From: Candidatus Limnocylindrales bacterium
GTDB lineage: Bacteria; Chloroflexota; Limnocylindria; Limnocylindrales; CSP1-4
Direction of reading: 5' to 3'
Assembly (NCBI GenBank): GCA_050010635.1
Contig: JBEKKR010000004.1
Location: forward strand, 70,272-134,271
Length of the DNA: 64,000 nt
The stretch's first letter is position 1, and the number at the start of each line of letters is the position of its first letter. This document shows, piece by piece, positions 38,024 through 50,001 of the stretch. The notes below the pieces were generated by a model. That model was given only the letters and a program-made list of their open reading frames with translations, was not told the DNA's origin and did not search any database. A program made the translations under genes and the position numbers.

Positions 38024-38100
38024 TTCATCGGGCCGCGCCCAACCTTGCCGAGCACGAAGGCCGGCACCACTTCAGCGCACCGGCCGAACGGACGGGGGTC

Positions 38101-38550
38101 ATGTCCCACCTCGAAACCATCCTGCTCGCCACCGACGGCTCGCCCGCGTCGGAAAGCGCCAGCGAGGAAGCGATCGACCTGGCTGTCCAAGTCCAGGCGC
38201 GGCTGCTCGTCGTCAGCGTCCTCGGCACCTCGGCGCGCCCGTCGGAGGCATCGGCCGGAGCCGGGAGCCTGGCCGACTCGCGCGACTCGCTGACGACCAA
38301 GGCCCAGTCGATCGTGCAGCGGGCCAAGGCTTCGGGCGCCGACGCGACCTTCCTGGTCTGGGAAGGCGAGCCGGGCGAAGCCATCGTCGCCGCCGCCGAG
38401 TCGGAGAACGCCGACATGATCGTGGTCGGCTCGCACGGCCGCAGCGGCGTCAGCCGCTTCCTGATCGGCAGCGTCTCGGACTACGTAGTCCGCCACGCCC
38501 ATTGCCCGGTGATGGTGGTCCGCGGCAGGCCGGACTCCACGCGGCGGTAG
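38101..38550 (+). CDS. universal stress protein (UspA family)
   Basis: ILLATDGSPASESA..MIVVGSHGRSGVSRFLIGSVSDYVVRHAHCPVMVV, ATP-binding type USP. Divergent from the DosS/DosR-like pair. Confidence 0.8.
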   Translation: MSHLETILLATDGSPASESASEEAIDLAVQVQARLLVVSVLGTSARPSEASAGAGSLADSRDSLTTKAQSIVQRAKASGADATFLVWEGEPGEAIVAAAESENADMIVVGSHGRSGVSRFLIGSVSDYVVRHAHCPVMVVRGRPDSTRR

Positions 38551-38562
38551 AGCCCCGCTCCC

Positions 38563-39372
38563 CTACTTCGTGTAGACGCCCTCGGGATCCAGCTCCTCGC
38601 GGATGAGGCGCAATTCCTCGGCCGTGGGCACGGGCGTGACCGCCAGCGGCTCCGCAACCTTAGGCTCCCAACCGATCGTCTCGCGGACCTGCTCGAGCGT
38701 GGCGCCGGGGTGGATCGAATCGAGGCGCATCTCGCCCGAATCGTCGAAGTGGTAGATGCCCAGATCCGTCACCACGACCGATGGGCCGCGCCCGAGCCAG
38801 CCCTCCTCGCGGCGGATCCTGGCCGCGGCTTCCGCTCCGCCAAGGTTGCCGGGCGAGGTCCGGAAGTCGATCCGATCGACGAACGAGCGCTTCGACTGGC
38901 GCATTATCACGAAGACCTGGCGGGCGTTGATGGCGATCTCGCACGCCCCGCCGGAGCCCGGCAGCCGCGTCTTCGGATGCTCGTAGTCGCCGATGACGGT
39001 GCTGTTGATGTTGCCGAACCGGTCTATCTGGGCCGCGCCGAGGAAGCCGACGTCCACGAGCCCGCCCTGCAGGTAGAAGCTGAACAGCTCGAACATCGAG
39101 ACGGCCGCGGTGGCGCCGGTGACGATCGTGGGGTCGCCGATGGAGAGCGGTAGGCGGGCGGGCTTTGCGCCGAAAGCGCCCGACTCGTAGACGAGCTCCA
39201 GCGCCGGGGCCACGGTCAAGCGGGCCAGGTTCACGGCGATGTTCGGCAGCCCGACGCCGACGAAGCAGACGCGCTGGCCGGCCAGCTCGCGGGCCGCCGC
39301 CACGATCATCATCTCGGACTTGCTGAAGGCGGGGGCTCCCGCCGCGCCGGGCTGCACCGCAGGCTCGCTCAT
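38563..39372 (-). CDS. CoA-transferase subunit B (glutaconate/3-oxoacid CoA-transferase family)
   Basis: MSEPAV..SESGEMRLDS-type family I CoA-transferase B subunit. Internal ATG. ATGA overlap with subunit A. Confidence 0.8.
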   Translation of the reverse strand: MSEPAVQPGAAGAPAFSKSEMMIVAAARELAGQRVCFVGVGLPNIAVNLARLTVAPALELVYESGAFGAKPARLPLSIGDPTIVTGATAAVSMFELFSFYLQGGLVDVGFLGAAQIDRFGNINSTVIGDYEHPKTRLPGSGGACEIAINARQVFVIMRQSKRSFVDRIDFRTSPGNLGGAEAAARIRREEGWLGRGPSVVVTDLGIYHFDDSGEMRLDSIHPGATLEQVRETIGWEPKVAEPLAVTPVPTAEELRLIREELDPEGVYTK

Positions 39373-40328
39373 TTGTAGACCCCGTAGTCGACCGAACCGG
39401 AAGGAGCCATGCCCCAGGGCTGCAGCGAAGCCATCCGTTCGGCCCCGAGCTTCTCCATGTACTCCGCCCGACCGCTCACGCCGTAGACCCATTCGTCGAG
39501 CCAGGCTTGCGTCGTGGCGGCCTCTCGGGAGATGGCGTCCCAGTCGCGGTAGAAGTGGTTGTCGCGGTCGTACGCGCCCTGAACGTATGAAGGATGGGCA
39601 CCCCACGGCTCCACCACGACCGCGTCCACGATCAGGCCGGGGATGACGGTGCGGTTCGGGTCGGCGCGGACGACGGCCTCGTCCACGAGCTCCTCAACGA
39701 CGACGATGACCCGCTCCGCCGCGAAGGCCGCCTCCTTCTGACAGCCGAGCAGGCCCCACATCTGAGTGTTGCCCTCGGCGTCGGCCCGCTGGGCGTGGAC
39801 GACGGTCACGTCCGGCTTGAGCGGCGGGACGGCATAGACCGTCTCGTCGCCGTATGGCGACTTGATCGGCCGGATCAGTGGGTTCGCCTTCGGCAGGTCC
39901 GTCTCGAAGTACGACCGCAGCGGGAAGAAGGGCAGGTTCGAGGCGCCGGCCGTGTATCGGCCGACCATGCCGAAATGGCTGTACTCCTCCAGCTCCAGCG
40001 GGGCTGGATCGGCATCTTCCACACGGCGGCGGATGGCATGCAGCCCGCCGACGCCCGGATTGCCGAGCCAGCTGAAGACGAGCTTCCGCGCCGTTCCGGC
40101 CGCGACCATCTGGTCGTAGATGAGGTCCGGCGTCAAGCGGGCCAGGGTCAGGTCCCGCTTGCGCTGGCGGATGATCTCGTGGCCGGCGGCGAAGCAGATC
40201 AGATGCGTGAAGCCTTCGATGGCGACCACGTCACCGTCGTGGACCAGGGCGGCGACGGCGTCGCGCATCGATGCGACCTTGCCCCGGCTGTGCCGGGGCT
40301 CCTCATCGGCGCTCACCTGCGACTTCAC
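39369..40328 (-). CDS. CoA-transferase subunit A (glutaconate CoA-transferase-like)
   Basis: 319 aa. DGDVVAIEGFTHL..GNPGVGG is typical of CoA-transferase alpha subunits. Confidence 0.8.
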   Translation of the reverse strand: MKSQVSADEEPRHSRGKVASMRDAVAALVHDGDVVAIEGFTHLICFAAGHEIIRQRKRDLTLARLTPDLIYDQMVAAGTARKLVFSWLGNPGVGGLHAIRRRVEDADPAPLELEEYSHFGMVGRYTAGASNLPFFPLRSYFETDLPKANPLIRPIKSPYGDETVYAVPPLKPDVTVVHAQRADAEGNTQMWGLLGCQKEAAFAAERVIVVVEELVDEAVVRADPNRTVIPGLIVDAVVVEPWGAHPSYVQGAYDRDNHFYRDWDAISREAATTQAWLDEWVYGVSGRAEYMEKLGAERMASLQPWGMAPSGSVDYGVYK

Positions 40329-40378
40329 CGCGGATCACCTCGGGATCTACCGCGGCTTCACCGCGGCTGCACTGACGC

Positions 40379-41752
<1,374 letters not shown>

Positions 41753-41893
41753 GGTGCACCTCGACTGGTTCTTGGCGGGCCGCGGAACGGGCGCAGCTGC
41801 CGCAATAACGGATAGCCTTTATGCAGGCTGGATAGTCACAGAAGTATAGCGGAGCGGCCGGGCGTCGCCGGTGGATCGTTCGACCGGCCGCCC

Positions 41894-43468
41894 TCAGTCG
41901 ACCAGGGTTTGCGACTGCTCCCTCATGAACTGCTGGACGTAGTACAGGCCGCCGGAGGCCTTGCCGGTCGTGCCCGAGCCCTTCCAGCCCCCGAAGGGCT
42001 GGATGCCGGGCCAGGCGCCGGTCGTCGCGCCTGCTCGCCGGTTGATGTAGATCACGCCGGCCTCGATCGCCTCCTTGAAGCGCTCGATCTCCTCGTGGTC
42101 GTCGCTGAAGAAGCCGGCGGTCAGGCCGTAGATGGTGTCGTTGGCGCGCTCGAAGGCTTCGTCGAGCGTCTTGACCGAAGTCACGGCGACCACCGGCACG
42201 AACAGCTCCTCGCGCCAGATCCGGTGGCCCGCCGGAAGATCCGCCACGATCGTCGGGGCGACGTAGAGATCCGTGCCGTAGCCGGTCAGGACCTCGCCGC
42301 CGGCGACGATCCGCCCGTCGCGCTTGGCCTCGGCAATCGCGGCCTCGTACTTGGCCTTGGCCTTGGCGTTGACCAGCGGGCCGAGCCAGACCTTGCGGTC
42401 GGTCGGATCGCCGACGGTGATGCCCTTCGTCTTGGCGACCAGCGCCTCGAGGAATGCCTCGTACACGGGGGCCTGGACGTAGACGCGGCTGCAGGCCGAG
42501 CACTTCTGGCCGCCGTAGCCGAACGCCGAGCGCATGACGCCTTCGGCCGCCTCTTCGAGGTCGGCCCGGGCGCTGACGATGGCCGGGTTCTTGCCGCCCA
42601 TCTCGACAACGACCGGCTTGGGGAACTGCTTGCTGAATGTCTTGAAGACGCCGTTGAAGCCGATCTCGTACGAACCGGTGAAGAGCAGGCCGTCGACGCC
42701 TTCGTTCTCCTGCAGCTCGGCGCCGACCGTCGCTCCGGGGCCGCTGATCATGTTGAAGACCCCATGCGGCAGCCCGGCCAGATCCGCGATCTCGGCCAGC
42801 TTGACGCCGCACAGGGGCGCGTCACTGGAGGGCTTGTAGACGACCGCGTTGCCGGCCACGAGCGCGCCGCCGGACGGTCCGCCCGACAGGGCCATCGGGA
42901 AGTTGAAGGGGCTGATCACCGCCCAGACGCCTTGCGGCTTGAGGACCGATCGGGTGTGGACCGTTGGATCGCCAAGGTTGCCCATGGGGCGGTCGAAGCC
43001 GTCGTTGGCCTGCATCTGGTCGCAGTAGTAACGGATCAGGTCTGCCGCCTCCTCGACGTCGCCGAGGGCCTCGAGCCGGTTCTTGCCGACCTCGATGGCC
43101 ATCAGCGCGGCCAGCTCCATCTGCCGCTCGCTGATCATGTCGGCCATGCGGCGCATGATCGCGATCCGTTCCAGCCAGGGCGTCCGAGCCCAGGCTGGGG
43201 CGGCAGCGCGGGCTGCGGCGATCGCATCTCTCACGTCCTTGCGCGTGCCGGCACCGAACTTGCCCACGAGCGAGCCGTCGTTCGGCGAGCGCTTCTCGAA
43301 GGTGGCCGCGGCGGGCCGCCACTGGCCGTCGATGAAGAGGCCGTGGGTGGCCCCCAGCTCGCCTCGGGCCGTCGCCAGGCCGGCATCGTACGAGGCGTGC
43401 AACTGCTCGTTGTCGTTGCGGAGCGTGGCGTAGGTGATCTTGAGCCGGGGCTCAGACGTCGCGGTCAT
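41894..43468 (-). CDS. NAD(P)-dependent aldehyde dehydrogenase (succinate-semialdehyde / P5C dehydrogenase-like)
   Basis: 524 aa. Catalytic region VVVEMGGKNPAIV..GQKCSACSRVYV. Confidence 0.85.
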   Translation of the reverse strand: MTATSEPRLKITYATLRNDNEQLHASYDAGLATARGELGATHGLFIDGQWRPAAATFEKRSPNDGSLVGKFGAGTRKDVRDAIAAARAAAPAWARTPWLERIAIMRRMADMISERQMELAALMAIEVGKNRLEALGDVEEAADLIRYYCDQMQANDGFDRPMGNLGDPTVHTRSVLKPQGVWAVISPFNFPMALSGGPSGGALVAGNAVVYKPSSDAPLCGVKLAEIADLAGLPHGVFNMISGPGATVGAELQENEGVDGLLFTGSYEIGFNGVFKTFSKQFPKPVVVEMGGKNPAIVSARADLEEAAEGVMRSAFGYGGQKCSACSRVYVQAPVYEAFLEALVAKTKGITVGDPTDRKVWLGPLVNAKAKAKYEAAIAEAKRDGRIVAGGEVLTGYGTDLYVAPTIVADLPAGHRIWREELFVPVVAVTSVKTLDEAFERANDTIYGLTAGFFSDDHEEIERFKEAIEAGVIYINRRAGATTGAWPGIQPFGGWKGSGTTGKASGGLYYVQQFMREQSQTLVD

Positions 43469-43735
43469 CCGAACGCCCTCCTGGGTCGTGCACCTGTGAG
43501 GCCGAGCCGCCCCGAGCCGCGCGCTCGCAGCAGGGCGCAGCCTGTATTAGCCCTAGTCTAGCGCCGCCCGCCCAGAGGCCGCCGGCAGACCCGACGACCG
43601 GCACCGCCATCGGGGTATCCTTCACCGGAACCGCACCTGCGCCCCTGCTGGTTCCACGCCATCCCGGCGGCGACCGATCCGGGAAAGCCTCGACACCATC
43701 CGCCAGGCGTTGCCGGGCGATCTCCGGAGACTTGG

Positions 43736-44641
43736 ATGACCGAAGCAAGACCGATCCACAGCGTGGTCCTGGTAAAGCAGGTGCCCGACACGCACAACCT
43801 CACCGGCGAGGTGATGACCAAGGACGGCACCATGAACCGCGGTGCCCTGCCGGCCATCTTCAACCCGGAGGACCTCAACGCTCTCGAGATGGCTCTCGAG
43901 ATCAAGGGGCGGCACGGCGGCACCGTGACCGTCATCACGATGGGTCCGCCCAAGGCGGCCAACATCCTGCGCGAATCCCTCTTCCGGGGCGCGGACAAGG
44001 TGGTCCTGCTGACGGACCGCAAGTTCGCCGGCGCGGACACCCTGGCCACTTCCTACGCCCTCCAGCTCGCGGTGCAGAAGCTGGACCACTTCGACCTCGT
44101 CCTGGCCGGCCGGCAGGCTATCGACGGCGACACCGCCCAGGTCGGGCCGCAGACGGCCGAGAAGCTCGGCATCCCGCAAATCACCTACGCCGAGCAGATC
44201 ATCGATATCGCCGACGGCAAGATCACGGCCCAGCGGGCGCTGGACTCCGGTTCGGAGATCGTCCGCTGCACGCTCCCCTGCCTTCTCACCGTCGTCGGCT
44301 CGGCCAACACGCCCCGCCCCGCCTCGGTCCGGCGCCAGATGGAACGCAAGCTCTCCGCCGCCCCCGGCGAGTACGCGGCCCTGCGGACGCAGTGGCCCGA
44401 GTTCGAGACGGACGAGGCCCTCGAGGCCTTCCTGACCGAACACGACCTGAAGATCCCCGTCTGGACGGCCGAGGACATCGGCGCGACCGAGGGGAGCATC
44501 GGGCTGGCGGGCTCTCCCACGCAGGTCCACAAGATCAACTTCGTGGTCCTCGAGAGCACCGAGAGCAAGACCATCGCGCCCACGCCCGAGGCAATCGCGG
44601 CGATGGTGGCCGAGCTGGTCCATGAATACATCGTCGGGTAG
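43736..44641 (+). CDS. etfB: electron transfer flavoprotein beta subunit
   Basis: VVLVKQVPDT, DLVLAGRQAIDGDTAQVGPQTAEKLGIP. Confidence 0.9.
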   Translation: MTEARPIHSVVLVKQVPDTHNLTGEVMTKDGTMNRGALPAIFNPEDLNALEMALEIKGRHGGTVTVITMGPPKAANILRESLFRGADKVVLLTDRKFAGADTLATSYALQLAVQKLDHFDLVLAGRQAIDGDTAQVGPQTAEKLGIPQITYAEQIIDIADGKITAQRALDSGSEIVRCTLPCLLTVVGSANTPRPASVRRQMERKLSAAPGEYAALRTQWPEFETDEALEAFLTEHDLKIPVWTAEDIGATEGSIGLAGSPTQVHKINFVVLESTESKTIAPTPEAIAAMVAELVHEYIVG

Positions 44642-44648
44642 GCGCGAG

Positions 44649-45719
44649 ATGGCAGAGCGAAAGAGCATCTGGGTATTCATCGAGCACACCGACGATCGCA
44701 TCGCCGATGTCAGCCTCGAACTGACGGGCAAGGCCCGCGAGCTGGGCGACCAGCTGGACTACGAGGTCGTCGGTCTGCTGTGCGGCCACAACGCCGACGC
44801 GCTGGCCCAGGATGTGATCCACCACGGCGCCGACCGGGTCCTGCTGGCGGACCACCCGGAGCTGGCCCTGTACCGGACGCTGCCGTACGCCCGCGTGGCG
44901 ATTGCGGAAGCCCAGCGCAGGGGGCCCGAGATCTTCCTGGTCGGCGGGACACCCAACGGCCGCGACTTCGCGCCACGCGTCGCCAGCGCCCTGCGCTGCG
45001 GCCTGACGGCCGATTGCACGGACCTCCAGATCGGCGACTACTACCTCAAGAAGGAAGACAAGACCTACAAGGATCTGCTCTACCAGATCCGGCCGGCCTT
45101 CGGCGGCAACCTGATCGCCACAATCGTCAACCCCAGGACGCGGCCGCAGATGGCCACCGTCCGCGAAGGCGTCATGCGCAAGCCGGCCGCCGACGCGAGC
45201 CGGACCGGGGTCGTGGAGAAGGTCACGCCGGCGTTCGAGCCCGGCGACTTCGCCCTGGAGGTCCTGAGCCGCCAGGTCCGCAAGTCCACGGTCAAGCTCA
45301 AGGACGCCCCGGTCATCGTGGCCGGCGGTGCCGGCGTAGACGGGGCCGAGGAATTCGCCCTCCTGCGCGACCTGGCGAACCTGCTGGGCGGCGAGGTCGG
45401 CGCTTCACGTGCCGCCGTCGACGCCGGCATGATCGACCGAGCCCACCAGGTCGGCCAGACCGGCACCACGGTCCGGCCGCGCCTCTACATCGCGGCCGGC
45501 ATCTCGGGCGCGATCCAGCACCGGGCCGGCATGGACCAGTCGTCAAAGATCATCGCCATCAACACGGACCCGAACGCGCCCATGTTCCAGATCGCCCATT
45601 ACCGCATCGTCGGAGACGTCGGCGAAGTCCTGCCGATGATCATCAAGTCCCTGCGCGAGCGCTCGCTTGGCGAGTCCGATGCGGCCGAGCGCCCCACCGA
45701 CCAGGGAGACGTCGAATGA
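44649..45719 (+). CDS. etfA: electron transfer flavoprotein alpha subunit
   Basis: IWVFIEH.., the FAD-binding C-terminus [33 protein letters not shown]. Confidence 0.85.
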   Translation: MAERKSIWVFIEHTDDRIADVSLELTGKARELGDQLDYEVVGLLCGHNADALAQDVIHHGADRVLLADHPELALYRTLPYARVAIAEAQRRGPEIFLVGGTPNGRDFAPRVASALRCGLTADCTDLQIGDYYLKKEDKTYKDLLYQIRPAFGGNLIATIVNPRTRPQMATVREGVMRKPAADASRTGVVEKVTPAFEPGDFALEVLSRQVRKSTVKLKDAPVIVAGGAGVDGAEEFALLRDLANLLGGEVGASRAAVDAGMIDRAHQVGQTGTTVRPRLYIAAGISGAIQHRAGMDQSSKIIAINTDPNAPMFQIAHYRIVGDVGEVLPMIIKSLRERSLGESDAAERPTDQGDVE

Positions 45720-47437
45720 GCGAGAACTTCTTCCTCGACAACCCGGACCTCCAGTTCCGTCTCCAGCAGATCGACCTCCGCGAGGCCCTCGAGCTCAAGG
45801 AGAAGAGTTACTCCGAGGCCGCGATCTACCCCGGCGCGCCGCGCAACTACGCCGACGCCAAGGACAACTACCGGATCGTGTTGGACGTCCTAGGCGAGAT
45901 CTGCGGCGAGCGGATCGCTCCCCGGGCCGGCGAGGCGGACGAGGAGGGCGCCCACTTCGACAGCGGCGTCGTCACGTACGCCGCCGCGACCCTGGACGCC
46001 ATCGAGGCCCTCCGGCAGGCCGAGCTCTTCGGGGCGATGCTGCCGCGGGAGTTCGGCGGCCTGAACCTGCCCGAGTCCATCTATCAAATGATGGTCGAGG
46101 TGGTGGCCCGGGCCGAGAGCGGCCTTATGACCGTGTACGGTCTCCAGGAGATCGCCTCGATGATCGACGAGTACGGCGATCCCGAGACGAAGGCCCGCGT
46201 CCTGCCCCGCTTCTCGCGCGGCGAGGTCTCCGGCGCGATGGTCCTGACCGAAGCCGATGCCGGCTCCGACCTGGGCGCCGTCGCGACGAAGGCAACCCTG
46301 GACGAAGCCACGGGCCAGTGGCACCTCAACGGCGTCAAGCGCTTTATCACCAACGGCCTGGCCGACATCTCCGTCGTGCTGGCCCGCAGCGAGGAAGGCT
46401 CCACGGACGCCCGCGGCCTCTCGATGTTCCTGGTGGAAAAGGACGAGACCGTCAAGATCCGCCGCATCGAGAACAAGCTGGGCATCCACGCCTCCCCGAC
46501 GTGCGAGATCCAGTACAACAACACGCCGTGCACCCTCATCGGCAAGCGCCGCTTCGGGCTGATGCGCTACTCCATGAACCTGATGAACGGGGCCCGGCTG
46601 GCGGTCGCCGCCCAGGCACTCGGCATCGCCGAGGCCGCCTACCGCGAGGCCGATCGCTACTCCAGGGAACGCATCCAGTTCGGCAAGCCGATCCGCGTCC
46701 TGCCGGCCGTCGGCCGGCTGCTTCTCTCGATGCGTGTGGACCTGGAGGCAACGCGCGCCCTCCTGGCCGAGACGGCGACCTGGGTGGACCTGTGGAAGGT
46801 CTACGAGAAGGCCGTCGGCGAGGGCGGGACCGAAACCGACCCGGCCGCCCGGGCCCGCCACAAGCAGTGCCAGGCCCTGGCCGAGACCCTGACCCCCATG
46901 GTGAAGTACTGCTCCACCGAGATGGGCAACCGCGTCTGCTACCAGTCGATGCAGGTCCACGGCGGGGTCGGCTACATGCGCGAGTTCAACATCGAGCGGC
47001 TCTTCCGCGACGTTCGGATCACGAACATCTACGAAGGCACGAGTCAACTGCAGGTAGTCGCGGCCATCGGCAAGCTCCTCAACCGCTCGCTCGATCCGCT
47101 ATTCGCCGAGTGGGCCGCGGCCGAGTACCCGGCCGACATGGCCGCCGAGAAGGCCACGCTGGTCGAGCTGACCGGCGTCTACCAGCGGGCCGTCGACGCG
47201 CTCAAGGCCCAGCCCGAGCGCGACAAGGTGGACTACTACGCCTGCGACCTGGTCGACGCGGCCGTCTGGCTCACCTGCTCCTGGCTGCTGCTTCGCGACA
47301 CGAACCTGCTCGAGTCGAAGAAGTCGATCGCCCGCAGCTACGTCGCCTCGATCGCGCCCCGGCTCCGGGCCGCGGCCGGGATCGTGACGGAGTCCAACGC
47401 CGTTCCACTCGAGGCGATCGGCGCGCTCCTGGCGTAA
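45716..47437 (+). CDS. acyl-CoA dehydrogenase with long C-terminal extension (574 aa)
   Basis: ACAD N, middle and C domains (GAMVLTEADAGSDL, RITNIYEGTSQLQ). ATGA overlap with etfA. Confidence 0.85.
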   Translation: MSENFFLDNPDLQFRLQQIDLREALELKEKSYSEAAIYPGAPRNYADAKDNYRIVLDVLGEICGERIAPRAGEADEEGAHFDSGVVTYAAATLDAIEALRQAELFGAMLPREFGGLNLPESIYQMMVEVVARAESGLMTVYGLQEIASMIDEYGDPETKARVLPRFSRGEVSGAMVLTEADAGSDLGAVATKATLDEATGQWHLNGVKRFITNGLADISVVLARSEEGSTDARGLSMFLVEKDETVKIRRIENKLGIHASPTCEIQYNNTPCTLIGKRRFGLMRYSMNLMNGARLAVAAQALGIAEAAYREADRYSRERIQFGKPIRVLPAVGRLLLSMRVDLEATRALLAETATWVDLWKVYEKAVGEGGTETDPAARARHKQCQALAETLTPMVKYCSTEMGNRVCYQSMQVHGGVGYMREFNIERLFRDVRITNIYEGTSQLQVVAAIGKLLNRSLDPLFAEWAAAEYPADMAAEKATLVELTGVYQRAVDALKAQPERDKVDYYACDLVDAAVWLTCSWLLLRDTNLLESKKSIARSYVASIAPRLRAAAGIVTESNAVPLEAIGALLA

Positions 47438-47777
47438 TTGGCCCCACGCAGTCCGCGGCCGCCGGGTTTCGACCCGGCGGCCGCTTGCTATCCGGCGGGC
47501 GGTACGTAACGGGCGGCGCCGAATCCGCAACGTTCGCCCGGTTCGATTGTGCAGCGCAATGGTTCGGGCTATTCTCCGCGCCAGCCCGATGGCGGCCGTC
47601 ACAGCGCGTCCGGCCGCTCCTCCGTCGCGAGTAACGATCGAGCTACATCAGGGTTTGGATAGATGCTACGAGCCGGCGTCGAATAGGCACCGGCCAACCG
47701 ACTCGCCGCGGCCCGCCGGGATAGCGGACCCGCAGACCAGCGATCCCGGAACGGCACATCGGAGGACCGACGGACTC

Positions 47778-48764
47778 ATGGAACTCACCAAGCGATCGAC
47801 GGCGCCGTCCGTCGAGCAGGAAACCGCCATTCAGACGCAGCCGGACGCCGGAGAGCCGGCCACCGCCCCGGAGCGGGGCCCCACCGCGTCGCGTGCCGCG
47901 GCAGTCGAAGTCCCGACCGCGACCGTCATCGCAAAGCCGCGCGCCCGCCGGCTCGCCCGCCCCGCCGACGACTGCGTCCGCGAGGGCTTGCTCAAGGGCA
48001 AGAAGGCGCTCGTGTTCGGCGTCGCCAATGACCATTCGATCGCCTGGGGGATCGCCAAAGCGCTCTACGACCAGGGCGCCGAGGTCGGCTTCAGCTCGAT
48101 GGCCTCGCTGATCAAGCGGCGCGTCCGGCCGCTGGCCGCCTCCATCGGCTCGACCTTCGTCGAGGCCTGCGACGTCCGCGACGACGACGAGATCCGCAAG
48201 GTCTTCGAGCGCTGGCATCGGAAGGAAGGCGATCTCGACATCCTCGTCCACGCCGTCGCCTATGCCGAGAAGGAAGACCTGGCCGGCAACTTCAGCTCGA
48301 CCAGCCGGGACGGCTTCCACACCGCCTTCGACATCAGCGTCTACTCGCTCATCGCCATGGCCCGCGAGGCTCGGCCGTATATGAAGCCCGGCTCCTCGAT
48401 CATGACGATGACCTACTACGGCGCCGAGAAGGTCGTGCCCCACTACAACATCATGGGCGTGGCCAAGGCCGCCCTGGAGGCGTCCACTCGCTACCTGGCC
48501 GCCGACCTGGGCCCCAGCGGCATCCGCGTCAACGCCATCAGCGCCGGGCCGGTCCGGACCCTCTCGGCCCACGGTATCGCCGGGTTCAAGCTGATGTACG
48601 GGGGCTTCGCGGAAGTCGCGCCGCTGCGCTCGCACATCACCATCGAGGACGTGGCCGGCACGGCCGTATACCTGGCCAGCCCCCTCTCCGGCCAGACCAC
48701 GGGCGAGGTCATCTACGTCGACGGCGGTTTCAACATCCTGGGACTGCCGGTCGCGGAGGAATAG
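47778..48764 (+). CDS. fabI: enoyl-ACP reductase FabI (NADH) with about 70-aa low-complexity N-terminal extension
   Basis: LLKGKKALVFGVANDHSIAWGIAKAL, the Y-x6-K triad region (MGVAKAALEASTRYLA). GGAGGA RBS before the ATG at 47778. True start uncertain. Confidence 0.75.
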   Translation: MELTKRSTAPSVEQETAIQTQPDAGEPATAPERGPTASRAAAVEVPTATVIAKPRARRLARPADDCVREGLLKGKKALVFGVANDHSIAWGIAKALYDQGAEVGFSSMASLIKRRVRPLAASIGSTFVEACDVRDDDEIRKVFERWHRKEGDLDILVHAVAYAEKEDLAGNFSSTSRDGFHTAFDISVYSLIAMAREARPYMKPGSSIMTMTYYGAEKVVPHYNIMGVAKAALEASTRYLAADLGPSGIRVNAISAGPVRTLSAHGIAGFKLMYGGFAEVAPLRSHITIEDVAGTAVYLASPLSGQTTGEVIYVDGGFNILGLPVAEE

Positions 48765-48797
48765 GCGCCGCCTCTCCTTGGCGAAGCCCGCCGGACT

Positions 48798-49232
48798 TCA
48801 GCCGGTTCGGCGCGACCGGAGACGGAGCCAGACGGTCAACGCCAGGAGGGCGATCGCCGCCCCGGCCGAGTCGATCGCGACGTCCACGGGCGAGGCGTGG
48901 CGGCCGGCGGTGAACGACTGGTGGAACTCGTCCGACACGGCATAGAGGATCGTCAGAGCCAGGCTGACCGCGACGGCGCCGCGAGGCCTCGAGTACGAAA
49001 CGGCTCTCCAGAGGAGCACCGCCAGGATGCCGAAGGCGGCCATATGGCCGGCCTTCCGCACAACGAAGTCGATGGCATCTGCCTGGACGAAGCGGAGGTT
49101 GGGCGTCGCCGATAGGGCGAATATCAACCCGGCCCAGGCGACCACGAGGACCCAGGCCAGGCCCAGCCGCACCGGGTCGGCGTCCCAGGAGCGCCTCACT
49201 CGCTCCGGAAGTCCCCCGCCGGCGCGCGCCAC
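48798..49232 (-). CDS. VanZ-family membrane protein
   Basis: 4 TM helices. RKAGHMAAFGILAVLL..YAVSDEFHQSFTAGR motif. Confidence 0.65.
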   Translation of the reverse strand: MARAGGGLPERVRRSWDADPVRLGLAWVLVVAWAGLIFALSATPNLRFVQADAIDFVVRKAGHMAAFGILAVLLWRAVSYSRPRGAVAVSLALTILYAVSDEFHQSFTAGRHASPVDVAIDSAGAAIALLALTVWLRLRSRRTG

Positions 49233-49233
49233 C

Positions 49234-50001
49234 TCAGTCGCTGCCGCCCGGTAGCTCGAAGCGCATCAGCTTCCACGTGGCGACGACCAGGGCGGCTGCC
49301 ACGAGCACCGCAGACAGGATGAAGGCCGTCTCCGCGGAGAGGCGCGCCTCCTGGACGGGCAGCTGGAAGATCGCGGCCGAGGCGCCCAGGGCGTACTGGC
49401 GGATCGACAGGTTGGCGATGCCGGGCAGCAGGAACGAGAGGGCGCCCTCCCAGACCAGCATGTAGCCGATACCGATCACCAGGGCCCGGCGGGTGAAGAG
49501 GCTGAGCGCGAGGAACAGCGAGACGTAGCAGGCCGAGCCCACGATCATGGCCAGGATCTGGGCCTCGGTCGCAAGGACGCCGTCGTTTCCGGCCGGGACG
49601 AGGTCGATGAAACCGGCCAGGGCCGTCGAGGCGCCTGTCAGCAGAACGGCCATCGCCGTCGCGCTGAGCGCCTTCGCCGCGATCACCATCCAGCGCGGGA
49701 CCGGCTTCGCCAGCAAGTAGACGACCGTGCCGTCGTCGATCTCGGCACCGAAGGCGCCCGAGCCGAACAGGATCGCGACGAGAGGCAGCAGAATCGTCAT
49801 CGAGACCGTGTCGAAGATGCGGCGGGTGAACCGCTCTACATCGGTCTGGCCTCCCAGGCGGAAGGCGACGGCCAGCAGCACCGGCAGCGCCGCGAGCAGC
49901 ACGAGCAGCAGCGTCCGGCGGCGGCCGAGCAGCTGTCGGAACGTGACCCGCATGATCTCCGGGATGGCGGCAATCGGGCTCACCGGCCCCTCCCCGCTCA
50001 T
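49234..50001 (-). CDS. ABC-2 type transporter permease
   Basis: 6 TM helices, operonic with the ATPase (overlap). Confidence 0.7.
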   Translation of the reverse strand: MSGEGPVSPIAAIPEIMRVTFRQLLGRRRTLLLVLLAALPVLLAVAFRLGGQTDVERFTRRIFDTVSMTILLPLVAILFGSGAFGAEIDDGTVVYLLAKPVPRWMVIAAKALSATAMAVLLTGASTALAGFIDLVPAGNDGVLATEAQILAMIVGSACYVSLFLALSLFTRRALVIGIGYMLVWEGALSFLLPGIANLSIRQYALGASAAIFQLPVQEARLSAETAFILSAVLVAAALVVATWKLMRFELPGGSD

